Assembly: GCF_000143415.4 (NCBI RefSeq)
Contig: NW_003314287.1
Span: 580,203 to 644,202 of the forward strand
Length of the DNA: 64,000 bases
Reading direction: 5' to 3'
From: Selaginella moellendorffii
Lineage: Eukaryota > Plantae > Lycopodiophyta
Positions 45,830 through 59,650 of this stretch are shown piece after piece. The position numbers and the translations under genes were made by a program. Under the pieces are notes generated by a model. That model did no database searches, was not told the origin of the DNA, and was given only the letters and a program-made list of their open reading frames with translations. Position 1 is the first letter of the stretch. The number at the start of each line of letters is the position of its first letter.

Positions 45830-48378
45830 TCAAACATTGAACGCTAACATCAAATGTTTGAAAGTTGTTTTTCATTTTCTTTCTTCATTTGATCCAGATC
45901 TTGGGTTAATAGATCTTATTATACTTTATAGCTTGATCATAAAGTTGCAAAATTTAACTTTTGGATGCAATCAATTTTATTTTAGCAACATAATATTTGA
46001 CAGCTTAGTGCAAGCTCACAAATTCACTATATTAATCTTTTCTTGATAGATCTTAACTGAATTGCTCTGCTGAGTGTTTGCATGAGAACTTTAGAGTGAT
46101 GTTTTGCAATTTCCTCCCACATTAGTTTATTTTGAGTGGGGAAGAGGTTTCTAGAGCTTCTTGCAGATAAACCTAAAGAAGAGTTAAATAAGTGATGGTC
46201 TGGTCACATTTGTCTGCTCTCAGCAGAGAAGAACAACATGTGTTTTCTGAAACAAGTGAGTGTTTAATAAACCACACTCCCAAAATACAATTGCTTACTC
46301 GTGGACAAACACTATGGATTTGTACACTACAGAACAGAAAAGAAATTTAACATAAGATGAAGCGACAGTGTAGAATCAGAGCTAACAACCATTCATGCTA
46401 GTCCCGCAACATAGTCTTCCACACAGCAAACATAGGCCGGTATTGTTTTGCAACGTAATCAGTAGTATCTACATAGAAAAAAGGAAAACATAAGATGGTC
46501 TTAGGGAACAAGTAAAGAAAGACTTTGAAGGACAGTAGAGTCATCAGTTGGAAAGCCACTGCTCCCACAGCTCTTAGAACACTGGACACTGAAGACTGTG
46601 GCACCACTTGAAAATGACTGCCACCTCCAAGGTATCATGAAATCTAAAATGCATGAAACAAGAGTCATTGTGTGAAGTTGTTTTTGTCCTAGGCAAGAAC
46701 TCAATATGTAGCCGTTTTCTCTCTCCTCTTGCCATCTGATATGCATGTCCTTTCCTACTTTGGCACCATCCAATAAAAATGTCCCATTAACAATACATGC
46801 CCAACTAAAAAAACACTGTTGTGGTTATAGAAATTTGTAAAAATTGGGAGGAACTAATATGAAGTATTTGCTCATGGCGGTGTTTTAACTCTCCTTTAGG
46901 AGGAGACATTGATGTTTTATGATCCACTTTAAGCAATAAAATCACAATAGGATCATATTGAAAAGAATACATTCCCATATTTCATTTCATGGGCATATAT
47001 AAATCATATCAATGAATGTTTTGATGGCTAACAAATGCAATAGCATGTATGTATCAATCTTCCAAACTAGGTTTATGATCTCTTTAGATATCACTAAATG
47101 CTATAAAAGCATTCCACTTTAAGGTGAAACTGGTTTTATCAATGTTATAAACTACTTTATAGACCTCACTCATACTAATATGAGGGAAACTCAAAAGAGC
47201 TATCTGTGTGAAAGCTTAATAATGGAAAATGGAAATGCAAGCTTCAAACAAATAAAAATACAAAATTATATTGTTCTTAGTCAAAATTACATATATTCAA
47301 TTAGAGAAGGTCGTGTGGAAACAAAAAGTTGGTATATCTATAGATTTTTCCTGTTCACCCACATAGTGTAACCTATTTCTTTTCTTTTTCAAATATAGGA
47401 CCATTGTGTTTTTTTATGGCCATCATCGCTTAATATCAACATACTTAAACAATTTGCAGATGCCTTAAGATATATAGGCGGCTTGTTTGTTACTAATGGA
47501 CCTTTAACCCAAAATTATACAGAAGGTCAGAAAATATAAAACAAGTTTACATGTTAGAATACTTAGAGGTGAAAGAAGTGTGGAATTTTCTACAAGTTAC
47601 AATCACTACCAATACATCTAATGGAAAATATACCTTAAAAAAGAGTATAATAAACAAGATGAGCTTCTTTTAATACACAAAAATACCTTCACTTAGCATC
47701 AAATCAGCCTTTTTCCACCTCATATAATATTAAATGTTCACAAGTCAACAAGAAGAAGAGCATTGCATCTTGGTGCTGACAGACAAGCCATGTGCATGAG
47801 GGGTGGCCCTCACTTATCAGCACATGCAAACGCTAATAGCTTGACCCTAAGACCATCTTATGTTTTCCTTTTTTCTATGTAGATACTATTGATTGCGTTT
47901 GCAAAAAAATACCGGGTTATGTTTGCTGTGTGGAAGACTGTGTTGCAGAACTGGCATGAATGGTTGTTAACTTTGATTCTATATTGTCATTTCATCTTAT
48001 GTTAAATTTTTTTCTGCTCTGTAGTGTATAAATGCATAGCGTTCGTCCATGAGTAAGCAATTGTATTTCGAGAGTGTGGTTTATTAAACACTCATTTGTT
48101 TCAGAAAACAAGTGTTGTTCTTCTCTGCTAAGAGTAGACAAATGTGCCCATCACTTATTTGTTGCTTTTTCATTCACTTAATTTGTGAGCTTGCACTAAG
48201 CTATCAAATATAATGTTGTATATGGCACTAAATAAAATTGATTTCATCCAAAAGTTAAATTTTGCAATTTTGTGATCAAGCTGTAATGATAAGATCTATT
48301 AACCCAAGATCTAGATCAAATGAAGAAAGAAAATGAAAAATAACTTTCAAAAATTTGATGTTAGCGTTCAATGTCTGA
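45830..48378. repeat. Large inverted repeat: arms about 45830-46506 and 47845-48378, with a 1.3-kb spacer
   Basis: CATTGAACGCTAACATCAAA... and ...AACATAAGATGGTCTTAGGG recur as reverse complements; the right arm lacks about 140 bp. Confidence 0.92.
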
Positions 48379-48399
48379 ACCTAAAAACTTGGTAGTGGA

Positions 48400-51300
48400 T
48401 ATAGTGCTCAAGAACAAAGTGCTCAAGAAAAGTGCATGGAGCAATTGGTAAATGAGTCTTTAAAAAAGAACACAAGAAAGATTGACACAAGGCAAGTGTC
48501 ATGAAACATGAAAGTGTCAAGAACAAGTCTAAAATAGGACCCAAGAAGGAGTCTGAAATGGAGTCCAAGAAGCAGTCCAAAAAAGAATTCAAGATGGACT
48601 CCGAGATGGACATAAGATGGAGTCTGAAATGGACCCAAGATGGATCCGTGATGAAGTCCGAGATGGACCTAAGATGGAGTCTAAGGTTGAGTTCAAAATC
48701 AAGTCTGAAATCGAGATCGAGATCGAGACCGAGACTGAGATCGAGAGCGAGAGCGAGACCGTGACCAATACTGAGTCCAAGACCGAGTCCGAGACCAAAT
48801 CCGAGACTAAGTTTAAGTCCGAGTCCAAGTTCGAGTCCAAGTCCGAGGGTGAAATCCCAAAGAGATCATCTCCTAGACCCTAAGAGGTTTGGTGAGCTCC
48901 AAAAATATACTAAGGGAGGACTCTAGTATAGCTAATTTGGCCAAGAAATGCCAATGTGATCAAGGAAGGGTATACCCATGTGTTGGGTGATGATATAACC
49001 ACTAAAGAGTCCAAAGCTAGAGTGAACAAGTAAAGTAACTTGGTAAAATGTTCAAAAGCCAACTCTAACTCCCTAGAGAGATTGAATAGTCAAAAGTACT
49101 CCCAATCCAAATGTGGGTGGCATTACCTACTTGGATATTTAGTGTGGTTCATCAAAACCTCACTCTCGCCACATGGCTAAGACACTTAAGGGTGGAAAGT
49201 GGGGAAAGTACCCAAAAGGCTTGTATAGGGTTATTGTGTTTCAAAATGTTATTTTAAAGTCCCAAATTATGGAAAGGAAAAAGAATAATCCTTTAATGTA
49301 GTGATGAAGGATACGGTCACATGGTGAAGAAGTCTTAGAGGTCAATAAGACTTAATGGTCAGGCCTTTAGGCCTTACTCAGTGGCAGTGTTGGCGAATAT
49401 AGCCATAGATGAAGAGGGACTTGGTGGGAATAGAAGAAAGGACATTGGGGAAGGGTATTCCCTATATCTTTAAACATCCTAAGGGTGTTAAAGTGTGGTC
49501 AAAGGATGACCACTCATAGACAGATGGCTCAGTCTTTGAGAGGTAAAACTATTATATAAATGGTCTTGGACTACCAATGTGACAAGGGTGAATGGCATAA
49601 CTTTAGTGTAACAAGTTAATATATCAGTAATACCTTTGGGTGTCAGTCATGAGATCGAACATGTGGAACACTTGGACCAAATATAAAAGTTGAGTGGCAT
49701 AGATGCCATTCATGAGGCTAGTATATCCTCAAGTTAGAAATAAGATTTATAAAGTTTGTGAGTGAAACTCCTTTAAGTGGTTAAAGGTGTGATTAAGTGG
49801 CTAAAGTAGAATGAAAAAATTAATTGTTTACAATTTGGTATTGAAGTTGTTCCTTAATCCAATTGTTATTGGTGGTCAAATATATTACCACTTGATATTG
49901 GCATTGAAAAGTCCTAGAAATGGGTTTTCCTCGAGGAGTAGTACTTTCCACCTTAGTTTATATATAAACATATTAACAATATGGTGAATACAAGGGGGCC
50001 AGTAAGATCTTGGGAACAATATAAGGTTTTCCTTAGAGAGTTGAGGATGTGAACAATAAAAGTGTTTGACTTAGCAAACTGGATAATGTGGTTGTAGTAA
50101 ATAACTATAATTGGGATCACGAGAATGATGAAAACTCCTAAATAATAAAAGAGTTATAAGATTATCCTCATATAATTGAAGATAATGCTTAAGAATTTGA
50201 TATTGGAGTTAGTGACTGTATGAGGTCAAATATAAATAAGGATACAGGTCCTTGAAATAGTAGTCAAGGCTACCTTTAATAAATGCTGGAATAACTTAAA
50301 GAGTTGGGGATGTACTTAGAGAATGAGTTGGTATTCTTATGATATAGATAGAGAGTTCTAAGGGGCAAATGTAGCCCATATGAAACAAAAAATAATCAAG
50401 TGTCGGAATAACACTTGCAAAGACAATCCTTATAAATAGGATATGAATACAATAAGTTGTATTCTAGAAAGTTCAAAAGTAGAACATTATAAGTCATCAG
50501 CTTAATAATGTCTAAAAGTTGGATAACTCAAGTGGAATCAAAGAATGGTCCTAAAGGATTGGTAGAAGCATTTAGATTAAGGTATGTGGTACCCTACGGA
50601 GGACAGAGAGGATTATAAGATTCAAGTATGAGACCAATAAGTATCTCATTGATGGCAGAATGTGCCATACTAAAGTCGTGGGAAAAGTGTTTCAGGAAGA
50701 AAGCAACTTTAGCACAGAGTTGTGTATGAACACTATGATATAATGTTAACTGATAGTTGGCATGAGAAATGACTATTTTGGTCTTGGCAAAGACTTAGAC
50801 ACAAGTGGAAAGTGTCATGAGAGTAGGCTCATGGAGCTGATAGAATAAAGACCCCAAGTGTTTCAAAGGATAAAGCCTTGAAGTCAAATTAGTTGGTTCA
50901 TGAAAACCTTTTGGTCTTGCAAAAGAAATCCCATGAAAATAGGATTGGCATAGCCTAAGTTGGAAAGCATGTGATTCGAGTGTGTGAACCCAAATAATGA
51001 TGGAGGTGTGAAAGCACTAGCAATGAGTTATAAGACTTAATGACTATAAGGTAATTAAGCAAAATGTGTGTCATAATTGATTGAATTGGTGGAAGTCAAC
51101 TTCCCAAGACTTTTTATTGGAATAATAAGGAAGATAAAAATATCCTTTAAGGGATTAATTGTTTATGTTGCAATATAGTAAGTCAAGGTCATAAAAGGAA
51201 ATGTTCATTGCCAAAGAAGTCCATCATAAGGACACCTAAGCAATCTTAAACACCTAAGAAGTGGTGTTGAGTATCATGAGGGCATTAGTGTAAGCGACTA

Positions 51301-54300
51301 ATTTTTCCATTCTACTTTAGTCACTTAACCACACCTCCGACCGCTTGGAGGAGTCTCATTCACAACCTCCATAAGTCCAATTCAGGACTTGGGGCTTGCT
51401 AGCCCCAAGAATGGCATCCATGCCACTCAACACTTGCACCTGGTCCAAGTGCTCCACGTGTCCGGTCCCAAGACCGACACCCAAAGGTACCACTGACATA
51501 TCGGCCCGTTATGCTAAGGCCATACCCATTCACCTTTGCTGCACTAGTGGTCCAATACCACTTGCATCACAATCCCGTCTCTCCAAGACTGGGCCATCCG
51601 TCCACGAGTGGTCATCCTAGATCCACTCCTTAGCATCCTTAGGGTGCCCACAGACTTGGGGAATAGCCTTCCCCAAAGTCCCTTTGTCAGTTCCTACCAA
51701 GTCCCTTTTCTGTCCATGGCCATGTTTGCCAACACTGCCACTCGATCAAGGCTCACAGGCCCGACCATTAAGTCCTATGGTCCTCTGGGACTTCCTCACC
51801 ATGTGACTGTATCCTTAGTCACTACACTAGAGGACTGCTCTTCCTCCTTTCCCCCATTTAGGACTCCAGGACAACATTTTGGAACACCATGGGCCTACGC
51901 GAGCCCCGTGGGTACTCTCCCCACCTTTCGCCTTTAGGTGCTCTAGCCATGGGCTTAGAGCGAGGTTCCATTGAGCCACGCCAGGTATCCAAGTAGGTAG
52001 TGCCACCCATACTTGGACTGGGAGCATCGGCCAGTCGATCTCCCGGGGGAACTAGAGCCGGCTCTTGAACACTTCACCAAGCTACCCCGCTTGTCGGTCC
52101 GTGTTCACTCTAGTCTTGGACTTCCCAGTGGTCAGTTCATCACCCAACACTGGGTTTGGCCTTCCTGGGCCAAACTGGCCTTTCCTGGCCAAACTGGCTC
52201 CACTGCAGTCCTCCCCCTTACTATACTTTTGGAGCTCACCAAACCCCCCAGGGTCTGGGAGACGAACGCTTTGGGCTTTCACCCTCTCAGACTCGGACTC
52301 GGACTCGGACTCGGACTCGGACTTGGACTCGGGCTCGGGCTCGGTCTCAGCCTTGGCCTCGGTCCCGGTCTCGGTCCCGGTCTCGGTCTCGGTCTCGGTC
52401 TCGGTCCCGGTCTCGGTCTCAACCTCGGACTCCATCTCGGACTCCATCTCGGGCTCCGTCTCGGTCCATCTCGGACTCCATCTCGGACTCCGTCTCGGTC
52501 CATCTCGGACTCCATCTCGGGTCCATCTCGGACTCCGTCTCGGTCCACCTCGGACTCCATCTCGGGTCCATCTCAGACTCTGTCTCTGTCCACCTCGGAC
52601 TCCATCTCGAACTCCATCTTGGGTCCATCTCGGACTCCATCTCGGACTCCATCTCGGGTCCATCTCGGACTCCGTCTCGGTCCACCTCGGACTCCACTTC
52701 GGGTCCATCTCGGACTCCATATCAGACTCCATCTCAGTCTCCACTTTGGACTCCATATCGGACTCCACTTCGGGTCCATCTCGGACTCCAACTAGGGTCC
52801 GTCTCAGACTCCATCTCAGACACTTCCACGTGTCATATGTTGGTCCTTTTTGGGTCCCTTTTTGGAGCCTCGCTTATTGCTCGCTTCGTGCTTGTTCCTC
52901 AAGCACTTTGTTGGGAGTTCCACTCCCACTCTTGACCTTTCAAGTTGGAGCTTTTAGTCCAAACGTGTTACGCTCGTTTGGCTTTCACTTCGGCCACTAC
53001 CACGTGGCACCATTTCCAGCTCCACTTTGGGGCCTAGGGATTTTGTGTCTCACAACTCCACCACCCATAGACGAAGTTCGATGTCCTCATCGAACGGTAA
53101 ACTATTTTATAAAGTAACACCCGCATGTGTTACCATTTCCATCCTTGGCCCCTAGCCAATATTTGTCAATGGTTTGACATTGAAGGCTCACCATGCCTTC
53201 TCCATATTCGTCAATGGTTCGACACCAAAGGCTCACCATGCCTTGCCCATCCTCTAAGGAGGATAGTCTCTCCAACTTAGAGACTCACTTGACCACCTGG
53301 GGTGGTTTGCTCTTTTTTATTGGTTCAGTTCTCGCTAAACCCGTTAGAGACACCCTCTCTAACTCAATTCCAGTACTCATTCTTGAGTAGTCACAGATTC
53401 CATTGATCTACCTTTGCACTTTGGAATGTTTACTCTTGACTTTTTGGAGTCAATTTCCTAGGTGTCTCCGACACCTTGCCTTGCACATTTTGTGCAACTC
53501 CACTTCCCCTCCTAGGAAGTTCTCTACTCGAGGGCACTCTCATCCTCTTTTCTATTTTTTGTGCCACCATTGGCATTACGTTCCATTTATCATTATTTGT
53601 GCTAGGGCTGTCCACGGCCCTATCTTTTGGCTACTTAGTTGCTCCTTCACTTAGAGCCTTTCCTTTGCCAAATTGGAGCACTTGGGAATCCATCCTTGGA
53701 AGTCCACTTCTTTTTCCGCAATCCGTTAGCATCAAACACATTAGTGTTCCTTGGTTAACTTTGCCACTTGGATTCTTTCCAATGGATCCCACGGCCCTAT
53801 CTTGGCCACTCATCTTTTGCTCCTATCCATTGATTGTTGCACCAAGCAACATAGGATCGCTACCTCCATTTTTGAGGTTTCCTTTCGGTTCCATAGTAAA
53901 CACTTTGCTTTGCCAAGTCCAAAGGGTGTTCACCCCTAGTACGTCTCTTTAACATTTTTTGTCGTGAGCTTTATCCACAGCCCAACTTTTTGAGACCCTC
54001 CCTTGGATCTTTTATAGAGACTACTTTCCTTGGACTTACTATGCCATAGCATTGACATAGCTCATTTCCCTTAGGTGTGCTTCCCACTTGGTCACCTCAA
54101 CCAAGCCACACCTTTATCAATGGTTCAAATCAACACTTTGAACTAGGAATCATATTCCTTAACCCAAACAAAGACTTGGTCCTTGTTTACCCACAAGATC
54201 ACCTAGTGATCTCATCTCGACCCCTTAATAGGTCTATCAATAGGGACTAGGTCTTCCAGACCCTTCTAAGTTGTTGACTATGACCCCGGGGGCATCCCCC

Positions 54301-57300
54301 ACACTTGGCGGTGCGCCCAAGCCAGCCCTTCCGGCCAAGGATCTATAGCAACTGAGACTGGGTGTCCCCATCTCATTCACCACGTCTTTGGTGCCCTTTG
54401 CACCAAAGTGTTCAAGTTAGATATGCCGAGCTTTCACTCTAAACAATCTAACCGTGCATCACGACTCCGAGGCATCCCTCGCTTGGCGGTGTGCCCAAAC
54501 CAGTCTCCACACTGAGACTCCATGACCACCGAAAAATGAGTGTCCTCATATTCCAAACCATCACCACGCCCTAGTGAGTTGGGACTTGAACCCAAGCACT
54601 AGAGGGTTGGGACTCGAACCCAACCTCCGTATATGCATCTACGGACGGCATCACCCAGGATGCCTGGCGTGACTCCCCACGCCGGTGCACCAACTTGTAC
54701 TCAAAGCGCGCTACAGATCACAGCTTAGGAACCTAGTTCCTCCACACTGCCAAGTCCTCTCACTTGACAAATCTGTGATCATGCATGGACTCCTCCATGC
54801 TTGGCCCCATGGCCCACCCTTTTTGAAGTTATCACCTTCAACTAGGGTATTTGTTCCCTCGACTTGCCAATCTCGCTTGGCAAGTCCTCCGACCACTGTG
54901 ACATAGTTCCTGCACAAGCGTGAAAGCCCTTGATCATCGACTTTCGTTCAAAGCCCTCTCTTTGAACACTCGGGAACTACTTCCCTAACCTTGATAGCCT
55001 TGCCTCATGGCAAGCTTCAAGACTACGCTTCTGCTGTGCCACTCTGATTTCGCGCGTTCCTTGAACCATTTACACTTGGCCTTTCTAGGTACTAAGCTAC
55101 CTAGAATCCTCTTTGGGAACCTTGAAGGAACTTTGTCCCTTAGCTTGTTAAGGCCTCCCTTTTTGCAAGCTTTCCAATTACCATATAGTCTAACATGGAC
55201 AATTCCATATTTTAGACTCTCCATGGCATCACAGTTGCTAGCGGCAACACCCTCGAGCCCCCACTTGATTCTCCACTCCCAACTGGCATAACCAACCTTG
55301 GTTATGCCCTTTGATTCCTATGGTTTGGTTTTATCCCCTTACTTCTTGCTTTTGGCTTCACACCTTTCCTTCGGTCATTCTCCTTCAGACCAAGAGGATA
55401 GCTTTGCACTTTCTATCATGCCGTAGCAAGTATTCTTAGGGATGAACCTACCCGATAGCCTAGGGAGTGGTTCCTCAATCCAGGTATGCTCACTTTATAA
55501 TCCCACACACCGGGATTACGTTGTTGCTTACGGGCCTTTGCATGCCCATCGCTAGCCTTGCCAAAATTCCATCTTTGGCTTTGTCCAATTCGAGTAGACA
55601 GTCTTCTCCTGTCTCGGCCACCTTGGACATTTGGATAGCACCTACTATCCATCATTCGCTAGGGACTTAGTCCCTTGGGCCTTAGCTACTGCCCTCGCGA
55701 CATCAAACACCACCTCTTGGTGTTCTAGAGTGTTCGGGTGTCCCAATGACGGCTTCCTTAACAATGAGTATTTTCTTTTATGACATTGACTTACTACATC
55801 ACAACATAAGCAACTTATCCCCTATAAGGGTATATCCAACTTCCCTATGCCATTAAGAAGGCTTGGGTAGCTACCTTCTACCCGTTTAACCAATTATTTT
55901 GCACCTCTTGCATAGTTGCCTCGTAGTTGTCAAGTCCTACAACTCATTGCTGGTGCTTCCACACCTCCATCATTATCTGGGTCACCACACTCCAACTGCA
56001 TACTCTGCAGCTTAGGCTATGCCATTCCCATTCTATTGGGATTCCTTTGGCAAGGGGTTCTCATGAACCCACCAACATAGCCTCAAGGTATCACACCTTG
56101 GCACATTTGGTGTTTCCACACCATCGGCTCCACGAGCCTACCTCTATGACACTTTTCCTTTGTGTCTAAGTCTTTGCCAAGACCAATACCACTCTTTCTC
56201 ATGCCAACTATCTATTAGCACTGCACCATAGAGGTCACACACAACTTTGTGTCAAAGTTGTTTTCTTTTTGGGAACACCTTTCCCACAACTTTAGCATGG
56301 CACATTTTGCCATCGATGAGATACCCTCTATTCTCATCCTTGGATCCTATGATCCCCCCCATCCTTCGTGGGGTACCACACACCTTAGTCCAAATGCTTC
56401 CATCAATCCTTTAGGATTATTCCTTGACTCTATTGGAGTCATCCAGCTTTTTGGACCTGGTTAATCCATAGACCCGTAAGGTCCTACTTGTGGGGCACTT
56501 GCTCACTGGAATACACTTCTTGCATTCACGTCCTACTCACAAGGACTATTTTCACAAGTGTTACTCTGACACTTGATTTTGTTCTCTGGGGCAACCTTTG
56601 CCCCTTAGGACTACTTGTCCATGTGATGAGAATACCAACTCATCTCTAAGTACACCCCCCAACTCCTTGGGTTGTTCCAGCATTTATTAAAGGTAGCCCT
56701 GGCTACCATTTCAAAGACTTGAGTCCTCTTCCGTATTTGACCTCCCATGGTCATCACTTCAAGTCTCACATTCATGAGCACTAACCTCAACTATATGAGG
56801 ATAACCATATACTGTCCCCAACATCCCAAAGTCGTTCCCTTACTGGCCCCTTTTCTATCCACCACATCGCGCCCAAGTTCATGCATGAACTCGAGTGGAG
56901 AGCCATGTCCTCTCGACGTCCTACTCCTCAAGGATAGGCCCACTCCTAGGACCTTCCGATGCCAATATCAATGGTGATATACTCGAGCACCAATAAAAGT
57001 CAGACTAAGGAACAGCTCCGATACCAAGTTGTAAGCGACTAATTTTTCCATTCTACTTTAGTCACTTAACCACACCTTCGACCGCTTGGAGGAGTCTCAT
57101 TCATAACCTCCATAAGTCCAATTCAGGACTTGGGGCTTGCTAGCCCCAAGAATGGCATCCATGCCACTCAACACTTGCACCTGGTCTAAGTGCTCCACGT
57201 GTCCGGTCCCAAGACCGACACCCAAAGGTACCATTGACATATTGGCCCGTTACGCTAAGGCCATGCCCATTCACCTTTGCTGCATTAGTGGTCCAATACC

Positions 57301-59053
57301 ACTTGCATCACAATCCCATCTCTCCAAGACTGGGCCATCCGTCCACGAGTGGTCATCCTAGATCCACTCCTTAGCATCCTTAGGGTGCCCACAGACTTGG
57401 GGAATAGCCTTCCCCAAAGTCCCTTTGTCAGTTCCTACCAAGTCCCTTTTCCGTCCATGGCCATGTTTGCCAACACTGCCACTCGATCAAGGCTCACAGG
57501 CCCGACCACTAAGTCCTATGGTCCTCTGGGACTTCCTCACCATGTGACTATATCCTTAGTCACTACACTAGAGGACTGCTCTTCCTCCTTTCCCCCATTT
57601 AGGACTCCAGGACAACATTTTGGAACACCATGGGCCTACGCGAGCCCCGTGGGTACTCTCCCCACCTTTCGCCTTTAGGTGCTCTAGCCATGGGCTTAGA
57701 GCGAGGTTCCATTGAGCCACGCCATGTATCCAAGTAGGTAGTGCCACCCATACTTGGACTGGGAGCATCGGCCAGTCGATCTCCCGGGGGAACTAGAGCC
57801 GGCTCTTGAACACTTCACCAAGCTACCCCGCTTGTCGGTCCGTGTTCACTCTAGTCTTGGACTTCCCAGTGGTCAGTTCATCACCCAACACTGGGTCTGG
57901 CCTTCCTGGGCCAAACTGGCCTTTCTTGGCCAAACTGGCTCCATTGCAATCCTCCCCCTTACTATACTTTTGGAGCTCACCAAACCCCCCAGGGTCTAGG
58001 AGACGAACGCTTTGGGCTTTCACCCTCTCAGACTCGGACTCGGACTCAGACTCAGACTCGGACTTGGACTCGGGCTCGGGCTCGGTCTCAGCCTTGGCCT
58101 CAGTCCCGGTCTCCGTCCCGGTCTCGGTCTCGGTCTCGGTCTCGGTCCCGGTCTCGGTCTCAACCTCAGACTCCATCTCAGGTCCTTCTCGGACTCCATC
58201 TCGGACTCCATCTCGGGCTCCGTCTCGGTCCATCTCGGACTCCATCTCGGACTCCGTCTCGGTCCATCTCGGACTCCATCTCGGGTCCATCTCGGACTCC
58301 GTCTCGGTCCACCTCGGACTCCATCTCGGGTCCATCTCGGACTCTGTCTCTATCCACCTCAGACTCCATCTCGGACTCCATCTTGGGTCCATCTCGGACT
58401 CCATCTCGGACTCCATCTCGGGTCCATCTCGGACTCCGTCTCGGTCCACCTCGGACTCCACTTCGGGTCCATCTCGGACTCCATATTAGACTCCATCTCA
58501 GTCTCCACTTTGGACTCCATATCGGACTCCACTTCGGGTCCATCTCGGACTCCAACTAGGGTCCGTCTCAGACTCCATCTCGGACACTTCCACGTGTCAT
58601 GTGTTGGTCCTTTTTGGGTCCCTTTTTGGAGCCTCGCTTATTGTTCGCTTCGTGCTTGTTCCTCGAGCACTTTGTTGGGAGTTCCACTCCCACTCTCGAC
58701 CTTTCAAGTCGGAGCTTTTAGTCCAAACGTGTTACGCTCGTTTGGCTTTCACTTCGGCCACTACCACGTGGCACCATTTCCAGCTCCACTTTGGGGCCTA
58801 GGGATTTTGTGTCTCACAATTAGATAACACCCTAAAGATTAAGTCTCTAAAGAATAATGGATATAAAATGCTATTCAATGTCTATAGTTGTAGAAATTTA
58901 AAGACGGGAGAAGTCTATCCATCCAAAATTGAATAAAGCCAAAATAGATTTTGGCTAAGCTAGTGATGGGCACACAAAAGCCCATGAGTAGCAATGTTAA
59001 TCCTAATGTGTGGGATTATAAGGTGAACATATCTAGATTGAGAAACCACTCCC
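48400..59053 (+). mobile_element. Old, AT-eroded truncated copy of the satellite-LTR element (LTR about 48400-49832, internal 49833-51288 and 58819-59053), interrupted by a younger copy
   Basis: Reverse-complement similarity to the young LTR and interior; decayed PBS TGGTATTGAAGT at 49836; homology resumes right after the TSD at 58823. Confidence 0.85.
51289..58818 (-). mobile_element. Young non-autonomous LTR retroelement (LARD-like), 7530 bp
   Basis: Highly similar LTRs 51289-53054 and 57030-58818 with TG..CA termini; TSD ATTAG (51284-51288 and 58819-58823); minus-strand PBS TGGTATCGGAGC (57015-57026, tRNA-iMet); purine-rich tract at about 53056-53067; 4-kb interior with no RT/INT ORF. Confidence 0.93.
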
Positions 59054-59650
59054 CATACTTGCATCCGAACATTCGAACGCAACCGGATTCGAACGGGTAT
59101 CGAACGTTTAATACCAGTTTAGCTTTTTTTCGAACGGTGTAGCGGTTCTAAAATGGGCGTAAGCCCGGGCGAGGCTTACTGGAGTCCACACCTGGTCAAA
59201 GCCCTCACCTTGGTCGGATCTTGATCACCCCTGCTTGCCAGCGCCTTGGGTTTGCTCCTGAGATGACCTGCCCTGGCTCCTGCCACGCCTCCTTATCGCC
59301 GCCCCTCCCAAGAAGTCCCCCCCGATGCGCCGCCCGATCCTCTGTAACAAACCGGTCTCCTCCCCGCCACGTCGGATCCCCTGCCAAGTCATCTCTCTCC
59401 ATGTCATCATCCACGTGTCCCGCCTCACTTTGTTCTACGGGCTCGTTATTGGCCGCTACAACGGGTATAATGGTTTTCAGTTTTTTTCGAACCCTGATTT
59501 TACATGAACCCTAATCCTAAGTAAAAGAAAGCATATTCTTTAGGGTTTTTAAAAATATTCTTGGTGTTTAAACGCCGTTTTAAACGCCGTATTATACACG
59601 CGTTTTAAACGGCGTTTTTTATTAATCGTACCCGTTCGAATGCAAGTATG
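59054..59650. mobile_element. Non-autonomous TIR element (hAT-like MITE), 597 bp
   Basis: 17-bp TIRs CATACTTGCATCCGAAC and GTTCGAATGCAAGTATG (1 mismatch); repeated subterminal CGAAC/AAACG motifs; no matching TSD. Confidence 0.7.

Noticed and set aside
52013-53117. Long ORFs with SISD/RTPS/LGLH/ESE repeats (also 18438-19413, 48368-48883, 57754-58827)
   Set aside because: Translations of the stop-free 6/12-bp LTR minisatellite, open in nearly all frames; not genes.
54571-54629. tRNA gene
   Set aside because: Only T-arm-like hairpins; no acceptor, D or anticodon arms are evident.
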